Shown here: positions 1 to 11,952 of the stretch, in pieces
How the letters are laid out: each line of letters opens with the position of its first letter
How positions within the stretch are numbered: position 1 is the first letter of the stretch
NCBI GenBank assembly: GCA_000146045.2
Contig: BK006946.2
Span: 224,001 to 288,000, forward strand
DNA length: 64,000 bases
Direction of reading: 5' to 3'
Origin: TPA_inf: Saccharomyces
Lineage: Eukaryota
Made by a program: the position numbers and the translations under genes
Notes under the pieces: generated by a model
What the model was told of the DNA's origin: nothing
The model's input: only the letters and a program-made list of their open reading frames with translations
Databases searched by the model: none

Positions 1-190
1 ATTCTCCTCCTCCCGGAACAAGAGGCCTGCGGAGACGAGTTCTTTGCCTCTGAAAGGCGAATCTCTGGAAGGATGAGCTTGGATGGCCCCAGTAAACGCA
101 TTTGCCTAGGTTGAGCCGAGCTAGGAGGACACCCCGACGGATAATTTAGCCCTTTTCCAATTTTTCAAAAAAACATGAAATTTCAAAAAA

Positions 191-228
191 ATGTATGGAT
201 GTAAAATTCAGTAGTGTGTACGGATTTT
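191..228 (-). promoter_or_regulatory. Two Rap1-type sites (ATGTATGGATGT 191-202; TGTACGGAT core 215-228) followed leftward by a T-rich tract and a GC-rich block (1-160); promoter of the leftward ribosomal-protein gene just outside the window (RPS18B)
   Basis: Match to RP-gene Rap1 consensus ACAYCCRTACAT in reverse complement; mirror image of the RPS17A promoter layout at 1532-1760. Confidence 0.55.
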
Positions 229-405
229 ACAGTTTCTTGAATGAGACTTGCTTTTACGTCAAATCATTCTGAATTATACAATTCTTTCATTGTGAGATTG
301 ATATTTCATGGGCTTATTATTTACAGATTATTTTTTAAATATGTAGATGGAATAATAACTGGATGGGGTAGAAGAAGGGGTCACTTGTATGTGTACATAT
401 GAAAA

Positions 406-1375
<970 letters not shown>

Positions 1376-1531
1376 TCACCCTAGTTGAACGAAAGATTAT
1401 TCGCATTGGCGTCCTTTGAATGTATCTCCCCCATTATTAATGGAACCTCTGTATTATACTTTTCTATTTCGAACTTTTTGAGACTCATTCTTGGTATCCC
1501 AGGGTGACCCAGTAACCTTTTTTCCGGTTTA

Positions 1532-1557
1532 ACATCCGTGCATTACATCCGTACATT
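1532..1557 (+). promoter_or_regulatory. RPS17A: Tandem Rap1 binding sites ACATCCGTGCATT / ACATCCGTACATT, the classic RP-gene UAS, followed by a T-rich tract (1558-1605) and a GC-rich block (1606-1760)
   Basis: Two directly abutting 13-mers matching ACAYCCRTACATY, about 330-360 bp upstream of the RPS17A ATG. Confidence 0.8.
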
Positions 1558-1888
1558 CTATTTTTTATTTTCCAAAAAACTGGGAGTTCTACTTAATTTT
1601 TTGGCCCCGTTTGGGAATCTGCTTTGCCACAGGAGGCGGCCTGTCCAGGAGGACAATAGACCAATGGCAGAGACGAGGTTTGTTGGGTACGTGCAACAGC
1701 GCCTGGGCTCAGCCGGCTTGCTGTGGGCAACGGAATGGTGCTTCCTAAGCCAATCTTTCATGCTGTAGCTATCGTCGTGATCGCTTTTACTGGCATATTA
1801 GCGTAATATGTATGAAATTAGGTATTAATCAAGCATTAATCGACTTAATTCTAAGAAAAGTCAAGATCTCGAGACTAGCAATAACAAA

Positions 1889-2697
1889 ATGGTATGTTAA
1901 TATGGACTAAAGGAGGCTTTTAAGGACACGTAATATTGAGTCGACATGCGCAATAAAGTCATACAATAAATAAGTTAAAGAAAACATATGACGATATTTT
2001 CAGACGATATGGAACTGCGATACCGAAAAAGTGGTGTGATTGAAATGATACTCATGTTTTGGCTATAGTTGCAGTGGCTTTCCAAAAAATTGGGAGTTAA
2101 AATGCCTATAGCAGTATCACCGGAGATTCAGTCTCTTGTGGATCTTCTTTTTGCATAGTTGAACAAGGGATAATATGGCGCCATGAACTGCCTCTACACA
2201 TTATAATGTGTTTTTGATATCAGTATACTAACAAGTTGAATTGCATTTACAAACTTTTTATTTTGTATTGCTTTTCGTCATTTTAATAGGGTAGAGTTAG
2301 AACCAAGACCGTCAAGCGTGCTTCTAAGGCTTTGATTGAACGTTACTATCCAAAGTTGACTTTGGATTTCCAAACCAACAAGAGACTTTGTGATGAAATC
2401 GCCACTATCCAATCCAAGAGATTGAGAAACAAGATTGCTGGTTACACCACCCATTTGATGAAGAGAATCCAAAAGGGTCCAGTTAGAGGTATCTCTTTCA
2501 AATTGCAAGAAGAAGAAAGAGAAAGAAAGGACCAATACGTCCCAGAAGTCTCTGCTTTGGACTTGTCTCGTTCTAACGGTGTTTTGAACGTTGACAACCA
2601 AACTTCTGACTTGGTTAAATCTTTGGGTTTGAAGTTGCCATTATCTGTTATCAACGTTTCTGCCCAAAGAGACAGACGTTACAGAAAGAGAGTTTAA
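1889..2697 (+). CDS. RPS17A: Cytosolic ribosomal protein eS17, 136 aa; exon 1 is the single ATG codon 1889..1891, exon 2 is 2290..2697
   Basis: Exon 2 translation [33 protein letters not shown]... is eS17. ATG|GTATGT at 1889-1897, TACTAAC at 2226-2232, acceptor TAG at 2287-2289. Confidence 0.92.
1892..2289 (+). other. RPS17A: RPS17A intron (398 nt), GTATGT...TACTAAC...TAG
   Basis: Consensus splice signals; no C/D or H/ACA box snoRNA motifs seen inside. Confidence 0.9.
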
Positions 2698-2993
2698 AAT
2701 TAAATTAGAAAGCTATTTAAAATAATTTACTATTCAAAATATTTGCCTTTTCTTTTTTAATTTTTGTTTATTCTTTAATGTATAATTAAATAAAAAAATA
2801 TTATTATATTTACTAATTAAGAGCGAAGCGTTTTATGTAGCTCCTTGGCCATACATACATTGCGCGCAATGTTTATGCTTTGATACCAAAGGGCTATCAT
2901 CTTTGACTTGGAATTATTTATATTTTTTAACATTGACTCTGTTTCCTTTCTTACTCATTATACTTATCCAGAAAAAATAGAAAAATTAGTTAC

Positions 2994-4664
2994 TTATTCT
3001 ATAATTACACTTTTATCATGAACGCCAAACATTTGGGAGACTATGGGATACAATAAAGGCGGATCATTTCCTAAGTTAAGCGCCTTGGCCCACTGTCGCC
3101 TCCCTGAATCATTTTTCTCAATCGCATGTAACATTTCTAACTGTTCCTTAGCGTCTAATATCGCTTCGGTCCCGATCAAATGCAGAAGATATCGTAGTAG
3201 GACCAGTAGGCAGACGTCACACTTTTCAATATTCAAAACGGCTTCTTCATACGAAGCTTGGCTACATTGCTCGGTAAAAGCAAAACATTTTGATTTAACC
3301 AAACCGATAACTTCGTTGCAAAATGAAACGCCATCTGATAAATTTTCGACTAGCGTTAAAATAACGACACATTCCTGTGTGTCTTTGAGTATCTCAGAAA
3401 GGGTACCTTCAGCTAATAGGGGTATAAAATAAGACTCTTGCGACAGATTTTCAGTCATAAAAAACTTTTTGAACTGCAGGATATCATTAAAAGAAGCCAA
3501 CGTCCGTGAGATCCCCTGGATAACATCATCTGCAACTATTCTCGGAGTAATCAATCTATGTCCATCTGGAACTCTTAGTAATAGTTTGAAACATGACCCA
3601 ATCAGTTTCCTCCGCAAAGCTAATGATTTTTGTGATTTGTACAAAGGACTACATTTAATTGTGGGAATATACGTATCAACAATTGTGTTTTCACCATTAT
3701 ATACGGGATGAACCGGCGTTGCATAATTGTCGGATGGCAGTTTGTAATCACAATTGAGAAATACATATTCGGAAAACCTATTCGCAAAATTCCTTGTATT
3801 TAAAGATTCAAAAAAAACTGCTAACGGACTCTCAGATAAGCGTTGAACGAACAAGGATTTGCTTACATTTTGGGCGACTTCATGCTGTATGAAATAATCT
3901 TGTCTACAACTAAACAGATCAATGAGTATTTCAAGTAAGGGCATCCAAATCTCATGGCTTGATAGGAACAGAGGTGTGCTTTCTTGCAGCGAGTTAGACA
4001 ATGTCCATAAAATCATGTTAATAAATTCTCCAGGTTCATTCAGTTTCAAATTCAATAAGCGATTGCCCAATATGGTATTTCTTTGCTCAAGACAACTAAT
4101 ATACGACCTGTAAGGATTTTTAAAAGTTTTAGCCTGATCCAACTCGGGATCTACACTAGCATTTTGCCTATATGTTACACCACTTTCAGATTTCGTTCTC
4201 CTAAATCTATCGAAACCCCACTTTTGCTTTTTTGGTGTCAACGTATCGATTGCCAAGAAAAACTGGCATCGCAACAACTCCAAGTCATACAAATTGTATT
4301 GCTCAGAATCAAACTCTTTCAGAATCGCCAGATATTTCTGCAATAGTTTCAAAGCTCTCCTACTTAAAGTTTCCCTGGACGTGTTATATGGATCATTTGC
4401 CCTCAATATCGGCTCCTTATAATATTCAGATAAAGTCGATAACGTGAAAAGAACTAATATGATATCGAACGGGATAACAGCCAAATTGTGAGATTTGCCG
4501 AACTGGCACTCCAGAAACAACAGCACATGATCATAATTTTCTAAGAGACACATGGAATTGAGCATCTCAAACGCCAATAGATGTTTCTCAGTGAGTTCAA
4601 CAAAATAATGTGCACCATTGCGTGGACTCACGTATAAAACGGAATTTATCAACGCACCATCCAT
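2994..4664 (-). CDS. NSE5: Smc5/6 complex subunit Nse5, 556 aa
   Basis: Long ORF between RPS17A and APT1; true ATG is 12 codons inside the track ORF (MDGALINSVLYVSPRNG...); length and synteny match YML023C. Confidence 0.8.
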   Translation of the reverse strand: MDGALINSVLYVSPRNGAHYFVELTEKHLLAFEMLNSMCLLENYDHVLLFLECQFGKSHNLAVIPFDIILVLFTLSTLSEYYKEPILRANDPYNTSRETLSRRALKLLQKYLAILKEFDSEQYNLYDLELLRCQFFLAIDTLTPKKQKWGFDRFRRTKSESGVTYRQNASVDPELDQAKTFKNPYRSYISCLEQRNTILGNRLLNLKLNEPGEFINMILWTLSNSLQESTPLFLSSHEIWMPLLEILIDLFSCRQDYFIQHEVAQNVSKSLFVQRLSESPLAVFFESLNTRNFANRFSEYVFLNCDYKLPSDNYATPVHPVYNGENTIVDTYIPTIKCSPLYKSQKSLALRRKLIGSCFKLLLRVPDGHRLITPRIVADDVIQGISRTLASFNDILQFKKFFMTENLSQESYFIPLLAEGTLSEILKDTQECVVILTLVENLSDGVSFCNEVIGLVKSKCFAFTEQCSQASYEEAVLNIEKCDVCLLVLLRYLLHLIGTEAILDAKEQLEMLHAIEKNDSGRRQWAKALNLGNDPPLLYPIVSQMFGVHDKSVIIE

Positions 4665-4936
4665 ACTCAGACTACCACTACAATCACCATTTGCCGGCAA
4701 TTATCTTCATATATCTATAATTTTATTGCCAACCTACTAGTAGTGGTCTTGAATTAGTTTTGAAGGGCTCTCTATGTGGGAAAAAATCGGGCCGCGCAAT
4801 GAAAAATTTTTGGCATTATAAATTCACCTCATTGGGAAGGTAAAATGCATCTTGCGTCTGACTCAATATCCATAAAATCTATTTTCACGCATTTTGCCTG
4901 CTTCAAAGAAATCTATCGCAAATATTCCTACTAATC

Positions 4937-5500
4937 ATGTCTATAGCAAGTTATGCCCAAGAGTTGAAGTTGGCTTTACATCAATATCCAAACTTCCCTA
5001 GTGAAGGCATTCTCTTCGAAGATTTCTTACCCATTTTCAGGAACCCAGGTCTTTTCCAGAAGTTGATCGATGCTTTCAAACTGCATTTAGAAGAAGCTTT
5101 TCCAGAAGTTAAAATTGATTATATCGTCGGGTTGGAATCCCGTGGGTTCTTGTTCGGACCAACTTTAGCTTTGGCCCTAGGTGTTGGTTTCGTTCCAGTC
5201 AGGAAGGCAGGTAAGCTACCTGGCGAATGTTTTAAGGCTACGTACGAAAAGGAGTACGGTTCTGATCTTTTTGAGATACAGAAAAACGCTATTCCAGCAG
5301 GTTCCAACGTTATCATTGTTGATGACATTATTGCCACTGGTGGTTCTGCTGCTGCAGCCGGCGAATTAGTTGAACAACTCGAAGCCAACCTTTTGGAATA
5401 TAACTTTGTTATGGAGTTGGATTTCTTGAAAGGCAGGAGTAAGTTGAATGCTCCAGTGTTCACTTTACTGAACGCTCAAAAGGAAGCGTTGAAAAAATGA
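4937..5500 (+). CDS. APT1: Adenine phosphoribosyltransferase, 187 aa
   Basis: PRTase type I motif VIIVDDIIATGGS and full-length similarity to APRT. Confidence 0.95.
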   Translation: MSIASYAQELKLALHQYPNFPSEGILFEDFLPIFRNPGLFQKLIDAFKLHLEEAFPEVKIDYIVGLESRGFLFGPTLALALGVGFVPVRKAGKLPGECFKATYEKEYGSDLFEIQKNAIPAGSNVIIVDDIIATGGSAAAAGELVEQLEANLLEYNFVMELDFLKGRSKLNAPVFTLLNAQKEALKK

Positions 5501-5733
5501 TATGTTTCACGTCCTGACCCATATTCAAGCTTCCTTTCTGCCGGTTTCAAGCAATTTATTTTTCTTACTTCTCCTTACTCTCTCAATTTGGTTGTATAAT
5601 ATTTACTTTTTAGATTGAAAAATATTCAATCCACTTTTCTGCTTTGTGCCACAAAGTAGTCTATTTAGTTTTTTATCTATTATATGCTTTTAAAGAGTTT
5701 GGAAATCGAGACCTGCATATGCAATAGTAATAT

Positions 5734-6813
5734 TCAAGGGTCCTTTGATTCTGACTCTAAGCGAGCATTTGCCTCCTGAACTTCTCTTAATGACGTTCCA
5801 GGAACAACACTCCAGTCTATCATTTTCTCTCCGCGGGTATTGTATAGCCAATCGTTTATCATTTTGAAATGGTTGGTACCAAAAAATCCTCTACTTGCAC
5901 TTAATGGAGACGGATGCACTGACTTCATCACCATGATATTAGGGTACTTACTACCGCTTCCAACGGAAGTAGATCCCAACAGAGACTCTACTAATTTGAT
6001 AGCATTGTTCCCCCATAAGAGGAATACTAAACTCTTACCGTCGGCCTCTCTGTCCTGGATCAACAACTGAACTACCCTTTTTGTAAAAGTTTCCCAACCA
6101 TGCTTAGAATGCGAGTTTGCATTATGTGCTCTTACAGTTAACGAGGTATTAAGCAATAAAACCCCTTGTGAAGCCCAGTGAGTTAAATCTCCCACTTTAT
6201 TATCTTCAACAAAATCAGGATACTCTTGCTTCAGTTCCTTATATATGTTCTTTAATGACGGTGGTGCTGGTGTAGGGGGTTTGACGCTAAAAGCCAAGCC
6301 ATGCGCCTGATTAAAGTTGTGGTAGGGATCTTGACCGATAATCACGACTTTAACTTTATTAAAAGGCGTTAGCCTGGTCCATGAGTAAATATCCTTTGCA
6401 GGCGGAAATACTGTATGATCAGCTTGCTCTTTAGTGACAAACTGTTTCAACTTTACAAAATATGGCTTTTTAAATTCATCCATTAAATGTGGAAACCACG
6501 AATCATCAATCGTTTCTAGCTCCAGCGACAGTAGTGTACGTAAATTGCTGCTCAAGTTCTTCGAATATACATCTTTTGCATTTGAATTAGCAGGATATTT
6601 GTCCGTGTTTGCCTCCTTTGCGACCGCCTTTGTCTCTGTCTTGATAGCTGCGCCATTTGTTATGGTCATGAAAGTAGCGCCCGATTTACCTTTCTTATTG
6701 GGCGCCTCATTAGTGCTTTTCTTTGTACCAAAGAAGTCTTCGATCGTAGTTTGCTTTCTCTTTCGAGCCACCGTCATAACTGAATTTGTTGGCAATCTTC
6801 TCATGCACCACAT
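5734..6813 (-). CDS. UNG1: Uracil-DNA glycosylase (family 1), 359 aa with N-terminal mitochondrial/nuclear targeting region
   Basis: UDG signature motifs GQDPYH and HPSPLS. Confidence 0.93.
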   Translation of the reverse strand: MWCMRRLPTNSVMTVARKRKQTTIEDFFGTKKSTNEAPNKKGKSGATFMTITNGAAIKTETKAVAKEANTDKYPANSNAKDVYSKNLSSNLRTLLSLELETIDDSWFPHLMDEFKKPYFVKLKQFVTKEQADHTVFPPAKDIYSWTRLTPFNKVKVVIIGQDPYHNFNQAHGLAFSVKPPTPAPPSLKNIYKELKQEYPDFVEDNKVGDLTHWASQGVLLLNTSLTVRAHNANSHSKHGWETFTKRVVQLLIQDREADGKSLVFLLWGNNAIKLVESLLGSTSVGSGSKYPNIMVMKSVHPSPLSASRGFFGTNHFKMINDWLYNTRGEKMIDWSVVPGTSLREVQEANARLESESKDP

Positions 6814-7148
6814 GTATGTGAACGGCTTGTGTACAGCTTCTGATAATATATATCATTATGGATGAATTACGCGTTGCGGACACATTCCAGGTTTTGACAA
6901 TAGGGAAAATATTGAGTTTATATGTAAAGCTTTTTACAAGTCACTAATGTGAACAACGTGAGGTAATTCCATGGAAAGTTCATATAAGAATAGTTCGAAA
7001 ACTATCTTTTTTATTCCCACCAGTCACTAGATTCGGCTTTATACATATAGTGGGCTTATCACTGCTCTTGGATAGCACTTTTGCACTACAAATAGACACC
7101 ATTACGAAGAATTGGAAGAGACTTATATACAGAGTACCAGTAGGTAGA

Positions 7149-9143
7149 ATGGTCACGACTCCATTGCATTCCTCGCCGAAAAGCAGTCTGAAATCTTCAA
7201 CGACCTCACTGCGCTCAGTACATACTCAGTCTGGTCGTATGGGGCCTAGTGAGCCTAAGCACAGAACAACCAAATCCTGGTCTATATGGGGAGGTAATGA
7301 CGAGGAAGAACCGGAGTTATCTAATAAAAATAAAGGAAAGGAAACCGCCCAAGACAACAGTCAAGAAAATGACAATGTTTCAAATGAGGGAACACGCTTG
7401 CACGATAATCAACAAACAACGATTTTAAAGGAAACCACCAGGATCGAGAAGGGTGAGAAGGACAAAAAAGACAGAAATGCAGCTATAGTAGAAAAAAACA
7501 CAAGACCACGAGCATGGCCATTCTTTTGGGGCCGTAACAAAAAAGATCCGGAGCCGACGCATAACATTCCCACTGATGCGGATAATAACACTTTATCACG
7601 TTTAGCAAATAGTCTAAATCCGGCTCCTCTAACCAACACTTACATACCTTATAAACCTGATGCTATATTGATCAGAGATAAAGGTGTCAAAACTGCTAAG
7701 AAATTAACAGATGACATAGGCAATCAGTTTCCTAACATTGTTGTACCAAGTTTCGATATTTTACCGAAACAAACCATATGGAATACAGTCACATCCACAA
7801 TTTGGAAGTGGAAGACTGAATACTGGGATAGAAGACCTTCATCAAGGGTACGAGAGGGGGAAGAACAGGTGCAGCACTCACAAAATCAGTTAAAAGAGGA
7901 AACAAACACAGTTGCAAACGAGGCAAAAGATGAGGAGCGGTTGGAACACAACAGAGGATCTCTATTTAGGGTTGATCCATGGAAAAAAATAAACCTTCTA
8001 TCAGATTACCAATCTAGGCCCATCAGAGTTCTCATTGTCGGCGTTCATGGGTTCTTTCCAACAAAAATTATTAGACCGTTTATTGGTGAGCCAACGGGTA
8101 CATCTACCAAGTTTGTCACAGAAGCTGAGGAAATAGTGAAGGAATATTTTGATCAACATAAAGTACCCATTGAAATAAGCAAGATCGCTCTTGAAAGAGA
8201 AGGAGAGATATTTGATAGAGTAGATTTCTTCTACGAAGTTATGAAGCATTGGAGCAAAGAAATAAACAATTCTGATTTTATTTATTTTGTTAGCCATTCG
8301 CAGGGGTGTCCGGTAACCATTATGCTTTTAGCGAAGCTGATCAAAAACGGCATAATAAACCTTGATAATTCTCAATTTTTCAACGATGAAATTCAGTTTT
8401 GTTCGTCCAAAAAAATTATCTCGGTCTTGGCCATGGCAGGTATCAATAATGGTCCATTCTACGGTGCAGATCAAACTTTGTTTGTTCGTGCTTACCAGAC
8501 GATTGAAAAAGACTCATTGAGGGAGTTATTCGAGTTTCAAAAGTTTGATTCCAAACAATCGCAAAGCTTCATAGAAGGCCTAAGAACAATCATATCAAAT
8601 AACGTTAAGATTACATTTGTGGGATCCATCAATGATCAACTGGTCCCTCTGTATTCATCCACATGTCTTTTTGCCAACCATCCCAATATATTTCGGGCCA
8701 TTTTTATTGATAGAGGATCACAAACTCCAGCATTTATCACTCGCATAGTTAAAATTGCTGGTTCACTCTTAAACCTGGGTTATAACGATCACGGAATCAT
8801 AAAGGAAATAAGCGGATCTCTGGCGGGCACCCTGACAGGAGGTGGTCACTCTACCATTTATAATGAGAAACAGGTCTACCATCTGGGCATCAAATTTGCA
8901 TTAGAAACAACCGATTTGTCCGAAATGTATCCAATTGAGTACTCACCATATAAATTGTCTGAGTTAGGAGCCAACCCCTATCGTCTGCCATGGTGTATGA
9001 GGGGATTGATGTACGAGTCCAACAAGCATTTCAGTAATGAAGAAATCAAGATGTTGTTTAAGGAATTTGAGGAATGGGAGCCTGAGACAAAGCAATTGAA
9101 GGACATAAAAAACAGGCTTAATGGTTTGAAATATCGACTCTGA
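7149..9143 (+). CDS. Uncharacterised protein YML020W, 664 aa; Ser/Asn-rich N-terminus and a C-terminal region with a lipase/esterase-like nucleophile elbow (VSHSQGCP)
   Basis: ATG at 7149 (track ORF starts 33 codons earlier at a non-ATG); (G/S)HSxG pentapeptide at about 8290-8310 within predicted alternating beta/alpha segments. Confidence 0.8.
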
Positions 9144-9456
9144 TAAAAAATACATCCAGCATGATACCAGCTTGCTTCCGCAAACGAAACATAACTTAAG
9201 GTACCGCAATTCAAAAAGGCATTCATACGTACAAATATTAACTATATCTGACATTATTTAGACTATCACAAGCAGTATTTATTTATTTATTTACTTATTT
9301 ATTCATTTATTCATTTCCTTTTTAGTCTTTTATGCCAGTGAGCTACTGTCGCGAATTGAAAACTGCAAAAAAATAAAATAGGAACTTGGATTCAGAAGTT
9401 TTGATAATAAAATTGCATGTAGATGAGAGCCGCGAACTGAATCATACAAAAAAAAT

Positions 9457-10455
9457 ATGAAGTGGTGTAGCACATACATTATTATATGGCTCGCCATTAT
9501 ATTCCATAAGTTTCAGAAGTCCACAGCCACTGCATCCCATAATATAGATGATATTCTACAGTTGAAAGATGACACCGGTGTGATAACAGTGACCGCTGAC
9601 AACTACCCACTGTTAAGCCGTGGTGTCCCAGGTTACTTCAATATCTTGTACATCACAATGAGGGGTACAAACAGTAACGGCATGAGTTGCCAACTATGCC
9701 ATGATTTTGAAAAAACCTATCACGCAGTGGCCGATGTAATTCGCTCGCAGGCCCCACAATCACTAAATTTGTTTTTTACAGTGGATGTCAACGAAGTACC
9801 ACAATTGGTCAAGGATTTAAAGTTGCAAAACGTACCTCATCTTGTGGTATATCCGCCAGCAGAAAGTAACAAGCAATCTCAGTTCGAATGGAAAACATCA
9901 CCTTTTTATCAGTACTCTTTGGTACCTGAAAATGCGGAAAACACTTTACAATTTGGCGATTTTCTGGCTAAAATACTCAATATTTCGATAACGGTTCCTC
10001 AAGCCTTCAACGTTCAGGAATTTGTTTATTATTTTGTTGCGTGTATGGTAGTTTTCATCTTTATTAAGAAAGTAATTCTACCGAAGGTAACTAATAAATG
10101 GAAGCTTTTCTCCATGATATTGTCATTAGGCATACTTCTACCAAGTATTACTGGTTACAAGTTTGTGGAAATGAATGCTATCCCTTTCATTGCACGTGAT
10201 GCTAAGAATCGTATAATGTATTTTAGCGGTGGTTCAGGATGGCAGTTCGGTATAGAGATTTTTTCTGTATCATTGATGTACATTGTGATGTCCGCACTGT
10301 CTGTGCTTTTAATTTATGTGCCCAAAATCTCGTGTGTAAGTGAAAAAATGAGAGGACTATTGTCGTCATTTTTGGCATGTGTTCTATTCTACTTCTTTTC
10401 TTATTTCATTAGTTGTTATTTGATAAAGAATCCAGGGTACCCAATTGTTTTTTAA
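9457..10455 (+). CDS. OST6: Oligosaccharyltransferase subunit Ost6 (thioredoxin-like lumenal domain with CxxC, four C-terminal TM helices), 332 aa
   Basis: Signal peptide, CQLC motif, hydrophobic C-terminal half; synteny. Confidence 0.9.
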   Translation: MKWCSTYIIIWLAIIFHKFQKSTATASHNIDDILQLKDDTGVITVTADNYPLLSRGVPGYFNILYITMRGTNSNGMSCQLCHDFEKTYHAVADVIRSQAPQSLNLFFTVDVNEVPQLVKDLKLQNVPHLVVYPPAESNKQSQFEWKTSPFYQYSLVPENAENTLQFGDFLAKILNISITVPQAFNVQEFVYYFVACMVVFIFIKKVILPKVTNKWKLFSMILSLGILLPSITGYKFVEMNAIPFIARDAKNRIMYFSGGSGWQFGIEIFSVSLMYIVMSALSVLLIYVPKISCVSEKMRGLLSSFLACVLFYFFSYFISCYLIKNPGYPIVF

Positions 10456-10770
10456 TTTTGAGAAAATGCGTTTTTCAGTTTCATTATAACATGTATATTT
10501 GCATTTCTTTCTCACGGCAAAGTTAGTGACAAAGAATAAGGTTTGTATGAAGCCAACGAGATACTTTTTCTCTTATTGAAAATTCTTTTGGCCTCTGTTT
10601 TGTTAGTCTGGATACTGAAAAAAATGTTTAAGATTATTAAATCACACAGGAATGAAATTGTTATTAGAAAAATTATAATATACATTCTATATAGGGAAAA
10701 ATTTCTTCTGACTTTGAAATTTAGATGCTAATAGTTTTTTTTATTATTTCTATTTTTTTTTTTTTTAAGA

Positions 10771-11952
10771 TCAGTTGTTTGCTGCTGGCACCTCCACTGA
10801 TTCGTAATTGCTAGCCGTTATTGAGTTCTCAAAATGTTCCTCCTCAGAGCTTTTGTTAATGATGAAAAATGAGCCTAAGATGAGGGTAGCACCAAATAAA
10901 TAGAGCGCAGACATGGTTTTGTGCTTAAAGATTACATCACCAAACATTGCTAGGGGTATCGTTATGCTCAATCCTACGGTGACGGTTAAAGGACTCGTTA
11001 GTAACATAGCCTTTGCCCAACAAAAGTCGCTAACAAATGTGATGAGACAATTGACGAAGATTATTACCACAACTTTAGGATCTTTGGGCAGAGAGAATGG
11101 TTCCCAGCCAAAAAAGTCCAATACAATCAGTGATGGCCATAGAAAAAGTAAATTAAAGAGACCAACAAAGCCAAAAAAAATCTTCATGTTAACACGAGTC
11201 TCATCTCCGACTTCTCTCTTCAATAAAGTACTGTAGACACCGTAAAGTACAGCACCTGCAAGTGCCAACAAGTTGCCTATCAGAACTTGCACGGCATCGT
11301 TATCATCACCACTAACGTCCGCGATATGGCGTTGGTAGCGCTGATGAGAATCTGATTTGGTGACCATGATTATGCCTACAAAGGAAATGAACGACCCGAG
11401 TACTTTGGACTTGCTCAACGATTCAACATGACAAATAGCACCTATGAACAAGGTGAAAAAGGAAGAAGTAGTGGAGAGGATTGTCTGCGATGCCACCGAT
11501 GTGAATGCCAGCGAGGCATTGGTCACAAGGTTAGCTGTGAACCAAAGTATGCAGAACTCAGCACTTAACTTGATTGTTTCATATAACGTTAGCCTCTTCT
11601 TTTGGTTGGCATGCGTGCCTGCTTCAAGGTTTGTAAGCAGTGGGCTAGTCATATCAACCGAGCGATTGCTATCACTACCAGTACCTTCTTCCTCCATAAT
11701 TAGTTCGCGGTGAACGTTTGCACGGCCTGTGTCCTTGTAATTCACCACAACGGCCTTTGCAGTTGGAAAAAGATAAAAGATAAAGGCGGCAGTATTGGTG
11801 TACGTGATAAAGAATGGTTTTCTATACGAGTCATCCTCGAAGATCAAATTTATCAGGAAGGACGATAAAACCCACAAAATAATGACTAGACCCAACATCA
11901 GAAGACCCAAGGTCCACCTCTTATTAAAGGACGTTTGATCCTTCGACACCAT
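10771..11952 (-). CDS. Multi-pass membrane protein of the EamA/DMT transporter superfamily (YML018C), 393 aa
   Basis: About 10 hydrophobic helices with an acidic/Ser-rich loop; length and position match YML018C. Confidence 0.8.
   Translation of the reverse strand: MVSKDQTSFNKRWTLGLLMLGLVIILWVLSSFLINLIFEDDSYRKPFFITYTNTAAFIFYLFPTAKAVVVNYKDTGRANVHRELIMEEEGTGSDSNRSVDMTSPLLTNLEAGTHANQKKRLTLYETIKLSAEFCILWFTANLVTNASLAFTSVASQTILSTTSSFFTLFIGAICHVESLSKSKVLGSFISFVGIIMVTKSDSHQRYQRHIADVSGDDNDAVQVLIGNLLALAGAVLYGVYSTLLKREVGDETRVNMKIFFGFVGLFNLLFLWPSLIVLDFFGWEPFSLPKDPKVVVIIFVNCLITFVSDFCWAKAMLLTSPLTVTVGLSITIPLAMFGDVIFKHKTMSALYLFGATLILGSFFIINKSSEEEHFENSITASNYESVEVPAANN

Noticed and set aside
1538-1768. Overlapping 76-aa (+) and 67-aa (-) ORFs in a GC-rich segment between YML6 and RPS17A; considered as a small gene or ncRNA
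   Set aside because: Lies between the Rap1 UAS and the RPS17A ATG. Open frames on both strands are the expected by-product of GC-rich DNA, and no RNA-gene motifs (A/B box, C/D, H/ACA) were found. Treated as RP promoter / 5' leader.
1892-2289. Possible intron-encoded snoRNA in RPS17A (and PSP2, YML6) introns
   Set aside because: No convincing C (RUGAUGA) / D (CUGA) box pairs with terminal stem, nor H/ACA hairpin-hinge-hairpin, found by eye
3043-4447. Several 60-130-aa plus-strand ORFs inside NSE5
   Set aside because: Antisense or alternate-frame ORFs inside a long, well-supported CDS; no motifs
10700-10770. ARS consensus (WTTTAYRTTTW) matches in A+T-rich intergenic tracts here and at about 62364 and 63883
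   Set aside because: 11-mer matches are expected by chance at this base composition, and origin activity cannot be judged from sequence alone
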